Shown here: piece after piece, positions 54,197 through 63,611 of the stretch
Layout of the letters: each line of letters starts with the position of its first letter
How positions within the stretch are numbered: the stretch's first letter is position 1
Virus record (IMG/VR): IMGVR_UViG_3300045988_074874
Reading direction: 5' to 3' (one strand)
Length of the DNA: 64,000 nucleotides
Source of the DNA: a virus
The notes under the pieces: generated by a model
What the model saw: only the letters and a program-made list of their open reading frames with translations
Told to the model about the DNA's origin: nothing
The model's database searches: none
Program-made: the position numbers and the translations under genes

Positions 54197-55216
54197 ATGG
54201 ATAAAGAAATTGTTGCAAATTTTGAGAATTTATATCGTTCTTACAAAAAGGTTAAGAGCGGTAAGAAATTTAATTCAGGTACTGCAAGATTTTCTAATTT
54301 GTCTCTTGAAGGCATTCATCTCTTGAAGGAACAATTGGAAAGTCAAACGTATACCATAAATCCGTATAATAAATTTCAAATTCATGAGCCAAAAGAGCGA
54401 ACGATAGAATCATGTGCATTTAAGGACAAAGTAGTGCAGAGATGCTTTTCTGATTACATTCTGACACCAAAACTTGAAAATATCCTGATTAAATGGAACA
54501 CTGCCGGGCAGCAAGGAAAAGGACAACATATGGCGATGGATGGATTAAGAGATCAGATGTTGAATTTCTATAAAAGAAATGGAATGAATAGTTGGATTGT
54601 AAAATGTGATATTCATAAATATTTTTACAACATAGACCATGAAATTATGAAAGACGTGCTGGACTATTATTTTGATGATAGTTTTACGACTTGGCTGAAT
54701 CATTTGTTTATCGATAGTACAGATAATCCGGGAATTCCATTAGGGAATCAGGTAAATCAGAAATACGCTCTTTTGTTGTTACATTCATTGGATCAAATGA
54801 TAACGATTGAATTTGGAAATCCATATTACGGACGATACAACGATGATTTTTATGTGATTTGTAAAACGAAAGAAGATGCCAGAGAAATTCTTGAAGCAAT
54901 CCGAATGATGATTGAAAGCCTTAGACTGGAACTAAACCCTAAATCACAAATTGTACCGTTTCGCATGGGATTGTGTTATCTGGGCTTTCATCATTACGTG
55001 ACTGATAAAGGAAAATATATCAGAAAATTGCGTGGCGATAAGAAAAGAAAAACACAGAGAAAAATCCGCAGGTGGGTACGGACAGTAAATGACGGAAAGA
55101 TGTCAATGGAAAAATTTAATGAAAAGTATGGAGCATGTAAGAACCATATGCTTCATGGGGACTGCATTAAATTATGCCACAGTATGGATTTAGAAATTGA
55201 AAGGAGAATGAAGTGA
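54197..55216 (+). CDS. reverse transcriptase, DGR type
   Basis: Motifs: VKCDIHKYFYNIDHEIM (RT motif 1/2), PLGNQVNQ (DGR-type I/LGxxxSQ variant), RYNDDFYV (YxDD), LELNPKSQI. Confidence 0.8.
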   Translation: MDKEIVANFENLYRSYKKVKSGKKFNSGTARFSNLSLEGIHLLKEQLESQTYTINPYNKFQIHEPKERTIESCAFKDKVVQRCFSDYILTPKLENILIKWNTAGQQGKGQHMAMDGLRDQMLNFYKRNGMNSWIVKCDIHKYFYNIDHEIMKDVLDYYFDDSFTTWLNHLFIDSTDNPGIPLGNQVNQKYALLLLHSLDQMITIEFGNPYYGRYNDDFYVICKTKEDAREILEAIRMMIESLRLELNPKSQIVPFRMGLCYLGFHHYVTDKGKYIRKLRGDKKRKTQRKIRRWVRTVNDGKMSMEKFNEKYGACKNHMLHGDCIKLCHSMDLEIERRMK

Positions 55217-55563
55217 GATTAATTAGTCAGAATGGGGAATTTGATGTTCCTTATGAAATCGCAGCATTAAGTAGAACAGAAAATATCATAAGAGTATATG
55301 TGCCAATAGTTGGTGAAAAAGGAACAGTCATGGCTCGTTATTCGACAAATGAAAAAGCCAAAAAAGCTATGAAAGCGTTGCACAAAGTGTATGCAGGAAT
55401 GTTTCTTGCACAAAACGTTGAAATGAGCGATGACGATTGCGAAGAATGCATAAAAATGGCTGCAAGAGGTTTTGGAATCATCAAAACAATGGTTAACAGC
55501 CCAGATATGAAATTCGAACCGGCAAACATCGTGTTCAGATTCCCGGAGGAGGATGGAGTATGA
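55213..55563 (+). CDS. hypothetical protein downstream of RT
   Basis: Coupled ORF; not obviously Avd-like. Confidence 0.4.
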   Translation: MRLISQNGEFDVPYEIAALSRTENIIRVYVPIVGEKGTVMARYSTNEKAKKAMKALHKVYAGMFLAQNVEMSDDDCEECIKMAARGFGIIKTMVNSPDMKFEPANIVFRFPEEDGV

Positions 55564-55790
55564 GAGAAATAAAAGAAATAGACTTAAACCAAAACGTCAA
55601 AATTGATATTACTTTAAAAGAATTGGACGTCATTAGAGTATGTTTAGCGGTGGCGAACGATTCTGAAATAGAGTCAGTTTTTGAAAGTGGCAATATAAAA
55701 TATGAATCTCAAGAAAAATATACATTGATAAAGGATTGCCGAAATATTTTAGAAAGTTATGGGGTTCTAAGAAAGAGTGATGAAGCATGA
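55560..55790 (+). CDS. hypothetical protein
   Basis: ORF. Confidence 0.4.
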   Translation: MREIKEIDLNQNVKIDITLKELDVIRVCLAVANDSEIESVFESGNIKYESQEKYTLIKDCRNILESYGVLRKSDEA

Positions 55791-55990
55791 AGAGAGTAGA
55801 CAGCAAGAAGGACTGGGAACATGTAATAACCATTGAACTTACGTTGAGGGAACTCAAATTAATGCGAGATAGCATGTGCAAAGTAAGTTATGCGGAATTA
55901 GAGAGTCTAAATAGAGGAAAAGACATACCATATGCCTATTCCGATTTAGAGAAAGCCATAGATGAAGTTGAAAATATCTTAGAAGCATAA
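55787..55990 (+). CDS. hypothetical protein
   Basis: ORF. Confidence 0.4.
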   Translation: MKRVDSKKDWEHVITIELTLRELKLMRDSMCKVSYAELESLNRGKDIPYAYSDLEKAIDEVENILEA

Positions 55991-56021
55991 ATGCAATGCA
56001 CAGAAAGCGAGGTGATGCCAT

Positions 56022-56789
56022 TTGTTCATGCGAGTAATTTCAACAGGAAGTACTAAAGGAAATTGTTACGCTTTGCAGTCAAGTACAGGCGAGATTGTTC
56101 TTCTTGACTGCGGATGCAACTACAAGAAAATCCTTAGAGGGATTGACTACCAGATAAGCAATGTTTCCGGTGTGCTTCTTTCACATGAACATGGCGATCA
56201 CACAGAGTCTTTTAAAAAAATAATGGACGCAGGTATTCAGATTTACACTAATGACGAGACAGTTGAGAACATGAATGTCCGAACTGGTGAACTGATGAAA
56301 GGTGTTCCAGAAAGATATCCGTTCAATGTAGGTTCATTCAATGTGATTCCATTCAATCTCCCACATACGACATACGATAAAGATACGAAGCAGCTTGTAC
56401 CTTGTCCGAACTATGGATATCTGGTAGGACACAATGAAATGGGTAGACTTCTGTGTATGACTGATTTTGAGTACAGCAAATATAATTTCCAGAAAATGAA
56501 CATACATCATATGGTAATTGAATGCAACTACTGCGAAGAATTGGTGGACAAAACAGAAGTTAACTACAGGCATAGATTAAAAGGGCATTGTTCTTTGCCA
56601 ACTTGTAAGCAATTCATTAAGCAAAATCGCACAGAATCGCTTCGAACGGTAACACTTGTACATTTAAGCGGTCAGGCATCAGATGCCCGTAAAATACAAA
56701 AAGAAATACAGGAAGTCACAGGAAACAATGTTCTGGTTCAGATTGGACGGGCTGGATTAGAAGTTGACTTGAATTTGTGCCCGTTCTGA
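56022..56789 (+). CDS. metallo-beta-lactamase-fold hydrolase
   Basis: LLSHEHGDH motif. Confidence 0.6.
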   Translation: MFMRVISTGSTKGNCYALQSSTGEIVLLDCGCNYKKILRGIDYQISNVSGVLLSHEHGDHTESFKKIMDAGIQIYTNDETVENMNVRTGELMKGVPERYPFNVGSFNVIPFNLPHTTYDKDTKQLVPCPNYGYLVGHNEMGRLLCMTDFEYSKYNFQKMNIHHMVIECNYCEELVDKTEVNYRHRLKGHCSLPTCKQFIKQNRTESLRTVTLVHLSGQASDARKIQKEIQEVTGNNVLVQIGRAGLEVDLNLCPF

Positions 56790-56904
56790 AAGGAGGAATT
56801 TTTATGGAGATGGCAGACTGTAGCAAATGTAGATTCCGTAATTGCTGTACGTTGGCGTGGGATTACGGTTCACTTTACTGTAACGACTATGAGGAGGAAG
56901 ATAC

Positions 56905-57279
56905 ATGGAACATTTTTTAGAATCACTTAAAAAATTAAAGAAGCCGTCAACTCACAGTAATCCAGAGGAAGTTGACCCACTGTTTTGTCGGTACAACAAG
57001 GGCTGGAATGATGCAATCGAAAAGGTTGAGAAACTGATTAATTCATATAGCTTATCGGATATGTGGATTCCAGTAGACGTGAAACTGCCACCGGAACCAA
57101 AACCTAATCATAATTTTAAAGGAGACATATATTTGATTGCTACCGAAAAAGAAACAATTCCATTCAGAGCAATGTGGAATGGAGAATATTTTACAGACGG
57201 TTTCGAAAAATTGAAAGTAATTGCATGGATGCCTTTGCCAGCTATGCCAGAACCGTACAAGGAGAACAAACATGAATAA
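56905..57279 (+). CDS. DUF551-like protein
   Basis: WIPVDVKLPPE...IAWMPLP pattern typical of DUF551. Confidence 0.45.
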   Translation: MEHFLESLKKLKKPSTHSNPEEVDPLFCRYNKGWNDAIEKVEKLINSYSLSDMWIPVDVKLPPEPKPNHNFKGDIYLIATEKETIPFRAMWNGEYFTDGFEKLKVIAWMPLPAMPEPYKENKHE

Positions 57280-57694
57280 AGTAATTTTGATCGGACGTTT
57301 GGCAAAAGACCCAGACATCCGAATGGGAACAAACAATACAACGATTGCCAGATACACACTTGCAATCAACCGTAAGTATCACAAAAATAATGAACCCACG
57401 GCTGATTTTATCGGTTGTGTGGCTCTTGGGAAGAACGGTGAGTTCGCTGAAAAGTATCTGCATCAAGGAATCAAAATCGCAGTCATCGGAAGAATCCAGA
57501 CTGGCAGTTATACTAACCGCGATGGGAAGAAAGTGTACACCACTGATGTATTAATCGAGGACCAGGAATTTGTGGAGAGCAAGAAGAGCCAGTCAGAAGA
57601 GCAGTCGCAGCCACCAGTTCCAAGTCCAGAACAGGACACAAGCGGATTCATGGATATGCCATCAATTATGGATGACGAACTTCCGTTTAATTAA
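57272..57694 (+). CDS. ssb: single-stranded DNA-binding protein
   Basis: MNKVILIGRLAKDPDIR... canonical SSB N-terminus, C-terminal acidic tip DDELPF; RBS AAGGAGAA. Confidence 0.8.
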   Translation: MNKVILIGRLAKDPDIRMGTNNTTIARYTLAINRKYHKNNEPTADFIGCVALGKNGEFAEKYLHQGIKIAVIGRIQTGSYTNRDGKKVYTTDVLIEDQEFVESKKSQSEEQSQPPVPSPEQDTSGFMDMPSIMDDELPFN

Positions 57695-57705
57695 GGAGTG
57701 ATGAA

Positions 57706-58134
57706 ATGAAACCAGTTTTAGAAACAAAATTCGCATACAAAGGTTATCCATGTGTAGTTCTGTTTATGCCCGGAGCATACAGATGCGGATATGTTGGAGT
57801 ACCTTACAGCCACAAGTTAGCAAAGAAAAGAGTTGTCGATTTAGGCTATCTTAACTGTCATGGTGGAGTTACTTATGCAGAACCATCACTATATGATTGC
57901 AACGATGATAACACATGGTGGATTGGATTTGATTGTGCTCATTGTTTTGATGGATATGATGTTGATACAGCAAAACAGTATTTTGGAGATGACCCAGACT
58001 TTAAAAGACTTTTTCATACAATGGAATACTTCTGGAGAGAGTCTTTCGGCTTCGAAACGGATTTCAAAATCTGTTCACTTGCTTATGTCAAAGATGAGTG
58101 CAAGAAACTTATTGACCAGATTGAAAAGGAGTGA
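57706..58134 (+). CDS. hypothetical protein
   Basis: ORF. Confidence 0.45.
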   Translation: MKPVLETKFAYKGYPCVVLFMPGAYRCGYVGVPYSHKLAKKRVVDLGYLNCHGGVTYAEPSLYDCNDDNTWWIGFDCAHCFDGYDVDTAKQYFGDDPDFKRLFHTMEYFWRESFGFETDFKICSLAYVKDECKKLIDQIEKE

Positions 58135-58140
58135 TACCGG

Positions 58141-58719
58141 GTGGGCTATAAAAAGCTTCGTCAGGTTAAGGCTATCGAAGCAAGTAATAAGAAAAGGCTT
58201 TTAAAAGTCAATCCCAAATTGGATGATGAAGCTGGGATATACATGTTGTGGCGAACGGAAACCCACGGGTACGTAGGACAGTCGAAAGGAATATTAACCA
58301 GGCTATCACAACATATGACTGGATACGAGCAACATATTGACCTTTCTATGAAAGCTCATGGGCTGTATTCAGAAAGCAATAAGAGCGGTTATAAGATCGA
58401 TTTCTTTCATTGCCCGATTGATGAACTTGACAAGAAAGAGAGAGAGTACATTCAAAGAGCGATTGATGCTGGGTGGATTATAAAAAACAAGACAGGTGGC
58501 GGACAGGATGAAGGGAAAGAAAAGATCGCTGATTACCGACCAGCAAAAGGTTACCGCGATGGGTTGAAGCAAGGTAAAATTGTCCTTGCAAGAGAATTAA
58601 AGCATATCATTGATACTCACTTAAATGTGTCAATCAAACCAGAAAAATCAAACAATAAAGTGTCTATAAAGGCACTTGAAAAATTCAACAATCTTCTTGA
58701 TGAAGAATCTTACAAATGA
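58141..58719 (+). CDS. GIY-YIG domain nuclease (GTG start)
   Basis: GIYMLWRTETHGYVGQS GIY-YIG motif. Confidence 0.5.
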   Translation: MGYKKLRQVKAIEASNKKRLLKVNPKLDDEAGIYMLWRTETHGYVGQSKGILTRLSQHMTGYEQHIDLSMKAHGLYSESNKSGYKIDFFHCPIDELDKKEREYIQRAIDAGWIIKNKTGGGQDEGKEKIADYRPAKGYRDGLKQGKIVLARELKHIIDTHLNVSIKPEKSNNKVSIKALEKFNNLLDEESYK

Positions 58720-58846
58720 TAAAGCTGCCGGTTCTGGCAGAAAATTCCAATTAAATAAATGAAAGGAGCTTGCCTTCATATGACGCAAGGGTGCACCGGG
58801 CTTCTTTTAAAAGATGAAATTAAAATGTGAAATCTATAGAGATTCT

Positions 58847-59647
58847 ATGCAGAATTATAAAAAATATGCAATTCCAAGAGCACAACTTGTAATTGCGGAT
58901 GTGCCTTACAATGTTGGCAACAATTTTTATGGTAGCAACCCTATGTGGTATACAGGGGGCGATAACAAAAACGGTGAAAGTAAATTAGCCGGAAAAGCAG
59001 CTTTTAACTCAGACTTCAATTTCAACTTGTATGAGTACTTTCATTTCTGCTCAAGAATGTTGAAGAAAGAAGATAAAAAGCCCATACAAAGAGGAAGAAG
59101 CAGCAATTCACCGTGTATGATCGTATTTTGCTCATTTGAACAAATTCAAACTCTGATTAATGCAGCTGCAAAACATGGATTTATCCATTATATCCCCCTT
59201 ATATTTATCAAAAACTATAGTCCACAGGTGCTAAAAGCGAATATGCGTGTAGTTGGTGCCACGGAATATGCGCTTCTGTTTTACAGAGACCGACTTCCAA
59301 AATTCAGAAACGGCGCACAGTTTGACGAAAATGGAAAGACAATCAGAGGAACCGGACACATGGTATTTAACTGGTTCCAGTGGGAAAGAGACCCAAAAGA
59401 TATCCCGAAGATTCACCCTGCGCAGAAACCAGTTGCACTTTTAAAGAAACTGATTAAAACGTTTACTGATTCCGGCGATGTAGTTATTGACCCATGCTGT
59501 GGAAGCGGAGCCACATTGCGAGCCGCGTATGAGCTTGGAAGGAATGCTTACGGATTCGAAATTGATCGGACATTTTACGAAAGAGCAAAGAATGAAATGC
59601 TTATCTTCGAGAAATATTCGCAAATGAATATTAATGATCTTATCTAA
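58847..59647 (+). CDS. N6-adenine/N4-cytosine DNA methyltransferase (beta class)
   Basis: Motif IV ADVPYN before motif I DPCCGSGAT. Confidence 0.6.
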   Translation: MQNYKKYAIPRAQLVIADVPYNVGNNFYGSNPMWYTGGDNKNGESKLAGKAAFNSDFNFNLYEYFHFCSRMLKKEDKKPIQRGRSSNSPCMIVFCSFEQIQTLINAAAKHGFIHYIPLIFIKNYSPQVLKANMRVVGATEYALLFYRDRLPKFRNGAQFDENGKTIRGTGHMVFNWFQWERDPKDIPKIHPAQKPVALLKKLIKTFTDSGDVVIDPCCGSGATLRAAYELGRNAYGFEIDRTFYERAKNEMLIFEKYSQMNINDLI

Positions 59648-59739
59648 AAAGCGCACGCCCTCTGGGATTGGAACAGTGAAACTTGTTTCCCGGCATATCA
59701 CGCTATCCGGTTCCAGAGGTAAAAAGAAAAGAGGTAACT

Positions 59740-60009
59740 ATGGTAAGTAAATATAACACCGAAAGAAAGTATCTCGAGGGACAAGAGAACAGAAAAGAAA
59801 TTTATCTGTTTCTTATCAGATATTTTACAAAATATGGATACGCGCCGTCATTTAAAGAAATTGCCGAAAGCCTTGGCATATCAAAAGCAACTGTGCAACG
59901 ACATATGAGGCAGCTTGAACTTGATGGATTGATTGCTACTGCACATCCGAATACTCCACGAGCGTTTCGCCTTGTAGGGTATGAATATCGAAAGGTGGCG
60001 GAAGTATGA
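59740..60009 (+). CDS. LexA-type winged-helix DNA-binding protein (no peptidase domain)
   Basis: YLFLIRYFTKYGYAPSFKEIAESLGISKATVQRHMRQLELDGLI matches the LexA N-terminal DNA-binding domain. Confidence 0.5.
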   Translation: MVSKYNTERKYLEGQENRKEIYLFLIRYFTKYGYAPSFKEIAESLGISKATVQRHMRQLELDGLIATAHPNTPRAFRLVGYEYRKVAEV

Positions 60010-60257
60010 GACTATACAGTGTTTTCGAGAATGAACAATGGATTGGCGATATGACCGCTGATGATATTTCGCAAATGCTCAAATGTACCAGAAAAGAAGT
60101 CTTAAATGCAGTTACAAGTGCAAATCTAATTGCCGGAAAATACGCAGTTGTCTATGACGGTGATAATACCGTGACTGGAACCACGCCATTAGACAGAAAA
60201 CTTCTGAAAGAATTTGTTCTAATCACAAACCAGTTGAAAGGGATGATGGGAGTATGA
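60006..60257 (+). CDS. hypothetical protein
   Basis: ORF. Confidence 0.4.
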   Translation: MRLYSVFENEQWIGDMTADDISQMLKCTRKEVLNAVTSANLIAGKYAVVYDGDNTVTGTTPLDRKLLKEFVLITNQLKGMMGV

Positions 60258-60709
60258 ACAGGGCAGAACGCAGAAGACAGCAGAAAGCGGCTGAAAAGTC
60301 ACGGAATCCAATTCCATACAATTTTAGTAATTACAGTTTGGAACAGATTTCCAAAACGACAGGCGCAAGAGTCGAAACACTAAAACTGTACTTGAAGCAA
60401 CGTGAAGATGAAATGCGCAAGGAAATATCGGAAGAACTTATTTCAGAATCACAAGAAAAGCTGTGGAAAGCAGAGGATTATATCGCAGTTGCAAATGTTC
60501 TAATCAGTTTGTTTGCAATTAAGAAAACATGGGGATTTACAAAATCCAATCAGAGATTCTTAGAAAACCTAAACTCTGCCAAAGAACATATTGAAGAAGT
60601 TGGAATTGAAAAAGCATACCAGGAAGCAAAAGAAACAATGGGAATTAAACTTGAATTTGATTCCATAAATATAAATAAAGAATTTGGATTTGGAGAAAGT
60701 GAGGACTAA
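60254..60709 (+). CDS. hypothetical protein
   Basis: ORF. Confidence 0.4.
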   Translation: MNRAERRRQQKAAEKSRNPIPYNFSNYSLEQISKTTGARVETLKLYLKQREDEMRKEISEELISESQEKLWKAEDYIAVANVLISLFAIKKTWGFTKSNQRFLENLNSAKEHIEEVGIEKAYQEAKETMGIKLEFDSININKEFGFGESED

Positions 60710-60711
60710 TC

Positions 60712-61287
60712 ATGGCAGAGAATTGCAATGAATGCAGCATTGCGTGGATTCGCGGTGGTGAGTACGCAGAAGTATCAGCGCATAACGGCAGTAAGATGAA
60801 AGGAAGAGTCCTGAAGCTTGTAGAACAGCATCCAGAAGATGTGAAGATTCTGGCTACGAACAAAGATGGTTCCATATTTGCTCATGTCCCAGTTAAGTAC
60901 GTGAAACTACGAGCGCCAAGAGAATTAACAGAAGAACAGAGAGCCGAACTGGTGGAACGTGGAAAGAATATGTCCAGAAATAAATCAGTTGATTACGAAG
61001 AAACGTCAGACTTCGATTCTGATGATGAAGATGAGAAATGTTCGATGTTTAATGAAAGAATGGGAATTAATGTTGAAAATGGTAAAAGTAGGATTTGTCC
61101 TAAATGCGGGAATCGTTTTCATGTTTTCGCAGATTATAACCGGCATTGTGGAGGAGATTTATATTGGTGCGAATGTACAGAATGTAAAACCATAGCAAAA
61201 ATACATCACAGTAAGGAAGCTGCAATAGTGGCTTTTAAGGAAGGATTGGTGCACAAAAATGAGCAAAGTGAACATATATGGGCTTAA
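60712..61287 (+). CDS. Cys-rich hypothetical protein
   Basis: Several CxxC pairs (CNECS, CPKCGN, CECTEC). Confidence 0.4.
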   Translation: MAENCNECSIAWIRGGEYAEVSAHNGSKMKGRVLKLVEQHPEDVKILATNKDGSIFAHVPVKYVKLRAPRELTEEQRAELVERGKNMSRNKSVDYEETSDFDSDDEDEKCSMFNERMGINVENGKSRICPKCGNRFHVFADYNRHCGGDLYWCECTECKTIAKIHHSKEAAIVAFKEGLVHKNEQSEHIWA

Positions 61288-61486
61288 AGCATATATAAGT
61301 AAAACGTTTGATTTGCATGTTGGCAAAAGAATCAAATACGTAGAACGTGGCGGGGAAGAAAAAGAGCATATCTATGAGGTAAAACAACTTTTTCCGCATT
61401 GCGTTTTACTGGAAGATATTTTTGATCATACAAGAATTTGTCCTTGTTACAGCGAATTAAGCTTGATGTTAAGAGGGATTGAATAA
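61259..61486 (+). CDS. hypothetical protein
   Basis: ORF overlapping the upstream gene end. Confidence 0.3.
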   Translation: MSKVNIYGLKAYISKTFDLHVGKRIKYVERGGEEKEHIYEVKQLFPHCVLLEDIFDHTRICPCYSELSLMLRGIE

Positions 61487-61515
61487 AAATCTGGTTAAGA
61501 AGATGGGAGTTTAAA

Positions 61516-62955
61516 ATGAAATTTATAGATTTTTTCGCAGGAATCGGAGGATTTCGTAGGGGAATGGAATTGGCGGGGCATGAATGCGTTGGTTTTTGCG
61601 AATTTGATAAATTTGCTACTGCGAGTTACATCTCAATGCACTTGCTGACAGACGAGCAACGAAAGGCATTGGAAGATATTCCTATCAAGAAAAGACAGAA
61701 AGAAATATTAAAGGAGGAATACAGAAATGGAGAATGGTACGCAAATGACATTAGAAGAGTGTATGCCGGAGACATTCCAAAAGCAGATTGCTGGTGTTTC
61801 GGATTCCCTTGCCAGGACATATCCGTTGCAGGAAAGCAAGCCGGATTTCAAGGAAATCGTTCAAGCCTGTTTTTCAGAGTTATGTACCTTGTCGGACAGC
61901 TCAAAGAAGAAGATAAACCCACTTTCCTTTTCATTGAGAACGTTAAAAATCTGCTTAGTGTTAATGGGGGATGGGATTTCGCCAGACTGCTCATTGAAAT
62001 GGAGCAGGAGGGGTATGATGCAGAATGGCAAGTGCTCAACTCCAAAGATTTTGGAGTCCCACAAAATAGAGAAAGGTGCTTCATTATCGGACATCTTAGA
62101 GGGAGAAGTACCTCAAAAATATTTCCTATCGAAGGAACAGACGGAAAAAATAGTGTTTCGTTAAATCTTCTTGGTTGTCTTAATGGTAGAAATTCGCAGC
62201 GAGATAGAGTTTATAGTGACAATGGATTAGCACCAACAATCAGTACGAAGCCGGGAGGAAATACAGAACCCAAAGTATCCATATTATTTGATACAAGTTA
62301 TATTGGTCAAGATGGAAAAGCACGCATATATGAAAATATTTGTCCAACACTAACAAGCAGAGATTATAAAGAGCCTAGAAGTGTCGGAGTAGTATGCAAT
62401 GTGAACCCGTCAGGAAAAGGAATGAACGGAAATGTGTATGATTCGACTGGCTTAAGCCCTACTTTAACAACAAATAAAGGAGAGGGAAATAAGATTGTAA
62501 TCCCAGTATTGACACCAGATCGTATAGAAAAACGTCAGAATGGAAGAAGATTCAAAGAAAATGGTGAACCAATGTTCACATTAACATCTCAGGATAGACA
62601 CGGGGTCGCAATTGATCCGCTCGGAGTATTGCGTAACGTTCGCACAGAATATGGAAAAGAAGTTGCCAACACACTCGACACGAGTTGCAATCAAGGAATA
62701 TTTGTGCAGGTATCGGAAGAATTAACGGTATATGCAGTGTGGTACGAAAAATATCAGTGTTACATAGCAATTCGGAAGCTGACACCGAAAGAATGTTTTC
62801 GGCTGCAAGGTTGGTCTGATGATTATTTTGAAAAAGCACAGTTCGTAAATTCTGACAGTCAGTTATACAAGCAGGCAGGAAACGGAGTAACAGTGACAGT
62901 TATAGAAGCTATAGCAAGAAAAATGAAGGTGGAGAGCGTAAAGCTGCACCGGTGA
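61516..62955 (+). CDS. DNA (cytosine-5) methyltransferase
   Basis: Motif I FAGIGG, motif IV GFPCQDIS, motif VI ENVKNL. Confidence 0.85.
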   Translation: MKFIDFFAGIGGFRRGMELAGHECVGFCEFDKFATASYISMHLLTDEQRKALEDIPIKKRQKEILKEEYRNGEWYANDIRRVYAGDIPKADCWCFGFPCQDISVAGKQAGFQGNRSSLFFRVMYLVGQLKEEDKPTFLFIENVKNLLSVNGGWDFARLLIEMEQEGYDAEWQVLNSKDFGVPQNRERCFIIGHLRGRSTSKIFPIEGTDGKNSVSLNLLGCLNGRNSQRDRVYSDNGLAPTISTKPGGNTEPKVSILFDTSYIGQDGKARIYENICPTLTSRDYKEPRSVGVVCNVNPSGKGMNGNVYDSTGLSPTLTTNKGEGNKIVIPVLTPDRIEKRQNGRRFKENGEPMFTLTSQDRHGVAIDPLGVLRNVRTEYGKEVANTLDTSCNQGIFVQVSEELTVYAVWYEKYQCYIAIRKLTPKECFRLQGWSDDYFEKAQFVNSDSQLYKQAGNGVTVTVIEAIARKMKVESVKLHR

Positions 62956-62985
62956 TTTATATGCAGAATAACGGGCAGGTAGCGT

Positions 62986-63582
62986 TTGGATAAATCAATC
63001 ATGGAGGACTGCACAATAGCGTGTCAGTTGCTTACATGGGGAAAGGGAATAAGAAAAATGAGAGATAAAGAACGCATTTTGATGATTATTATTTCAAGGA
63101 TCATACCGGGACTGACTTTTTGTACGGCAAAGAAAGAAGATTATATTCGACCGTTTATATTTAACACGCATGAATTAAAAGCCGGTGATCTAGTTATGGC
63201 GAATACTACTACTTTCCCGAATGAATTTATGGTCGGTTTCGTGCATGAGGTAAAAAGTGATTGCGTCGTTATCCGGGAAATAGGCTCTAAAAAGTTGTGC
63301 AATTATTATAACGAAGCTTTTTCGGTCATTAACAAGGAAAAACTGGGGTACGAAATTCTTGAAGGTGTGCAGTATAAAACGTATCAGAAAGTTTTGAAGG
63401 CATTTTCAAAATACACAAGCTATTCAACCAGATTTCGAAGTATAGAATTTTCTGGTAATACTTGCACGGTAACAAGCAGGATAATGTTCAAGAACGACAA
63501 AAACGGCGAAATTTCTTTCGAGTACAACCAGAAGACGAAAATTTCCGATATAGGTAAATTGTTGGAAAAAGCCGGGTTATAA
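62986..63582 (+). CDS. hypothetical protein
   Basis: ORF. Confidence 0.4.
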   Translation: MDKSIMEDCTIACQLLTWGKGIRKMRDKERILMIIISRIIPGLTFCTAKKEDYIRPFIFNTHELKAGDLVMANTTTFPNEFMVGFVHEVKSDCVVIREIGSKKLCNYYNEAFSVINKEKLGYEILEGVQYKTYQKVLKAFSKYTSYSTRFRSIEFSGNTCTVTSRIMFKNDKNGEISFEYNQKTKISDIGKLLEKAGL

Positions 63583-63611
63583 TACGAAAACGGGGAAAGT
63601 GAGGATGAGAA

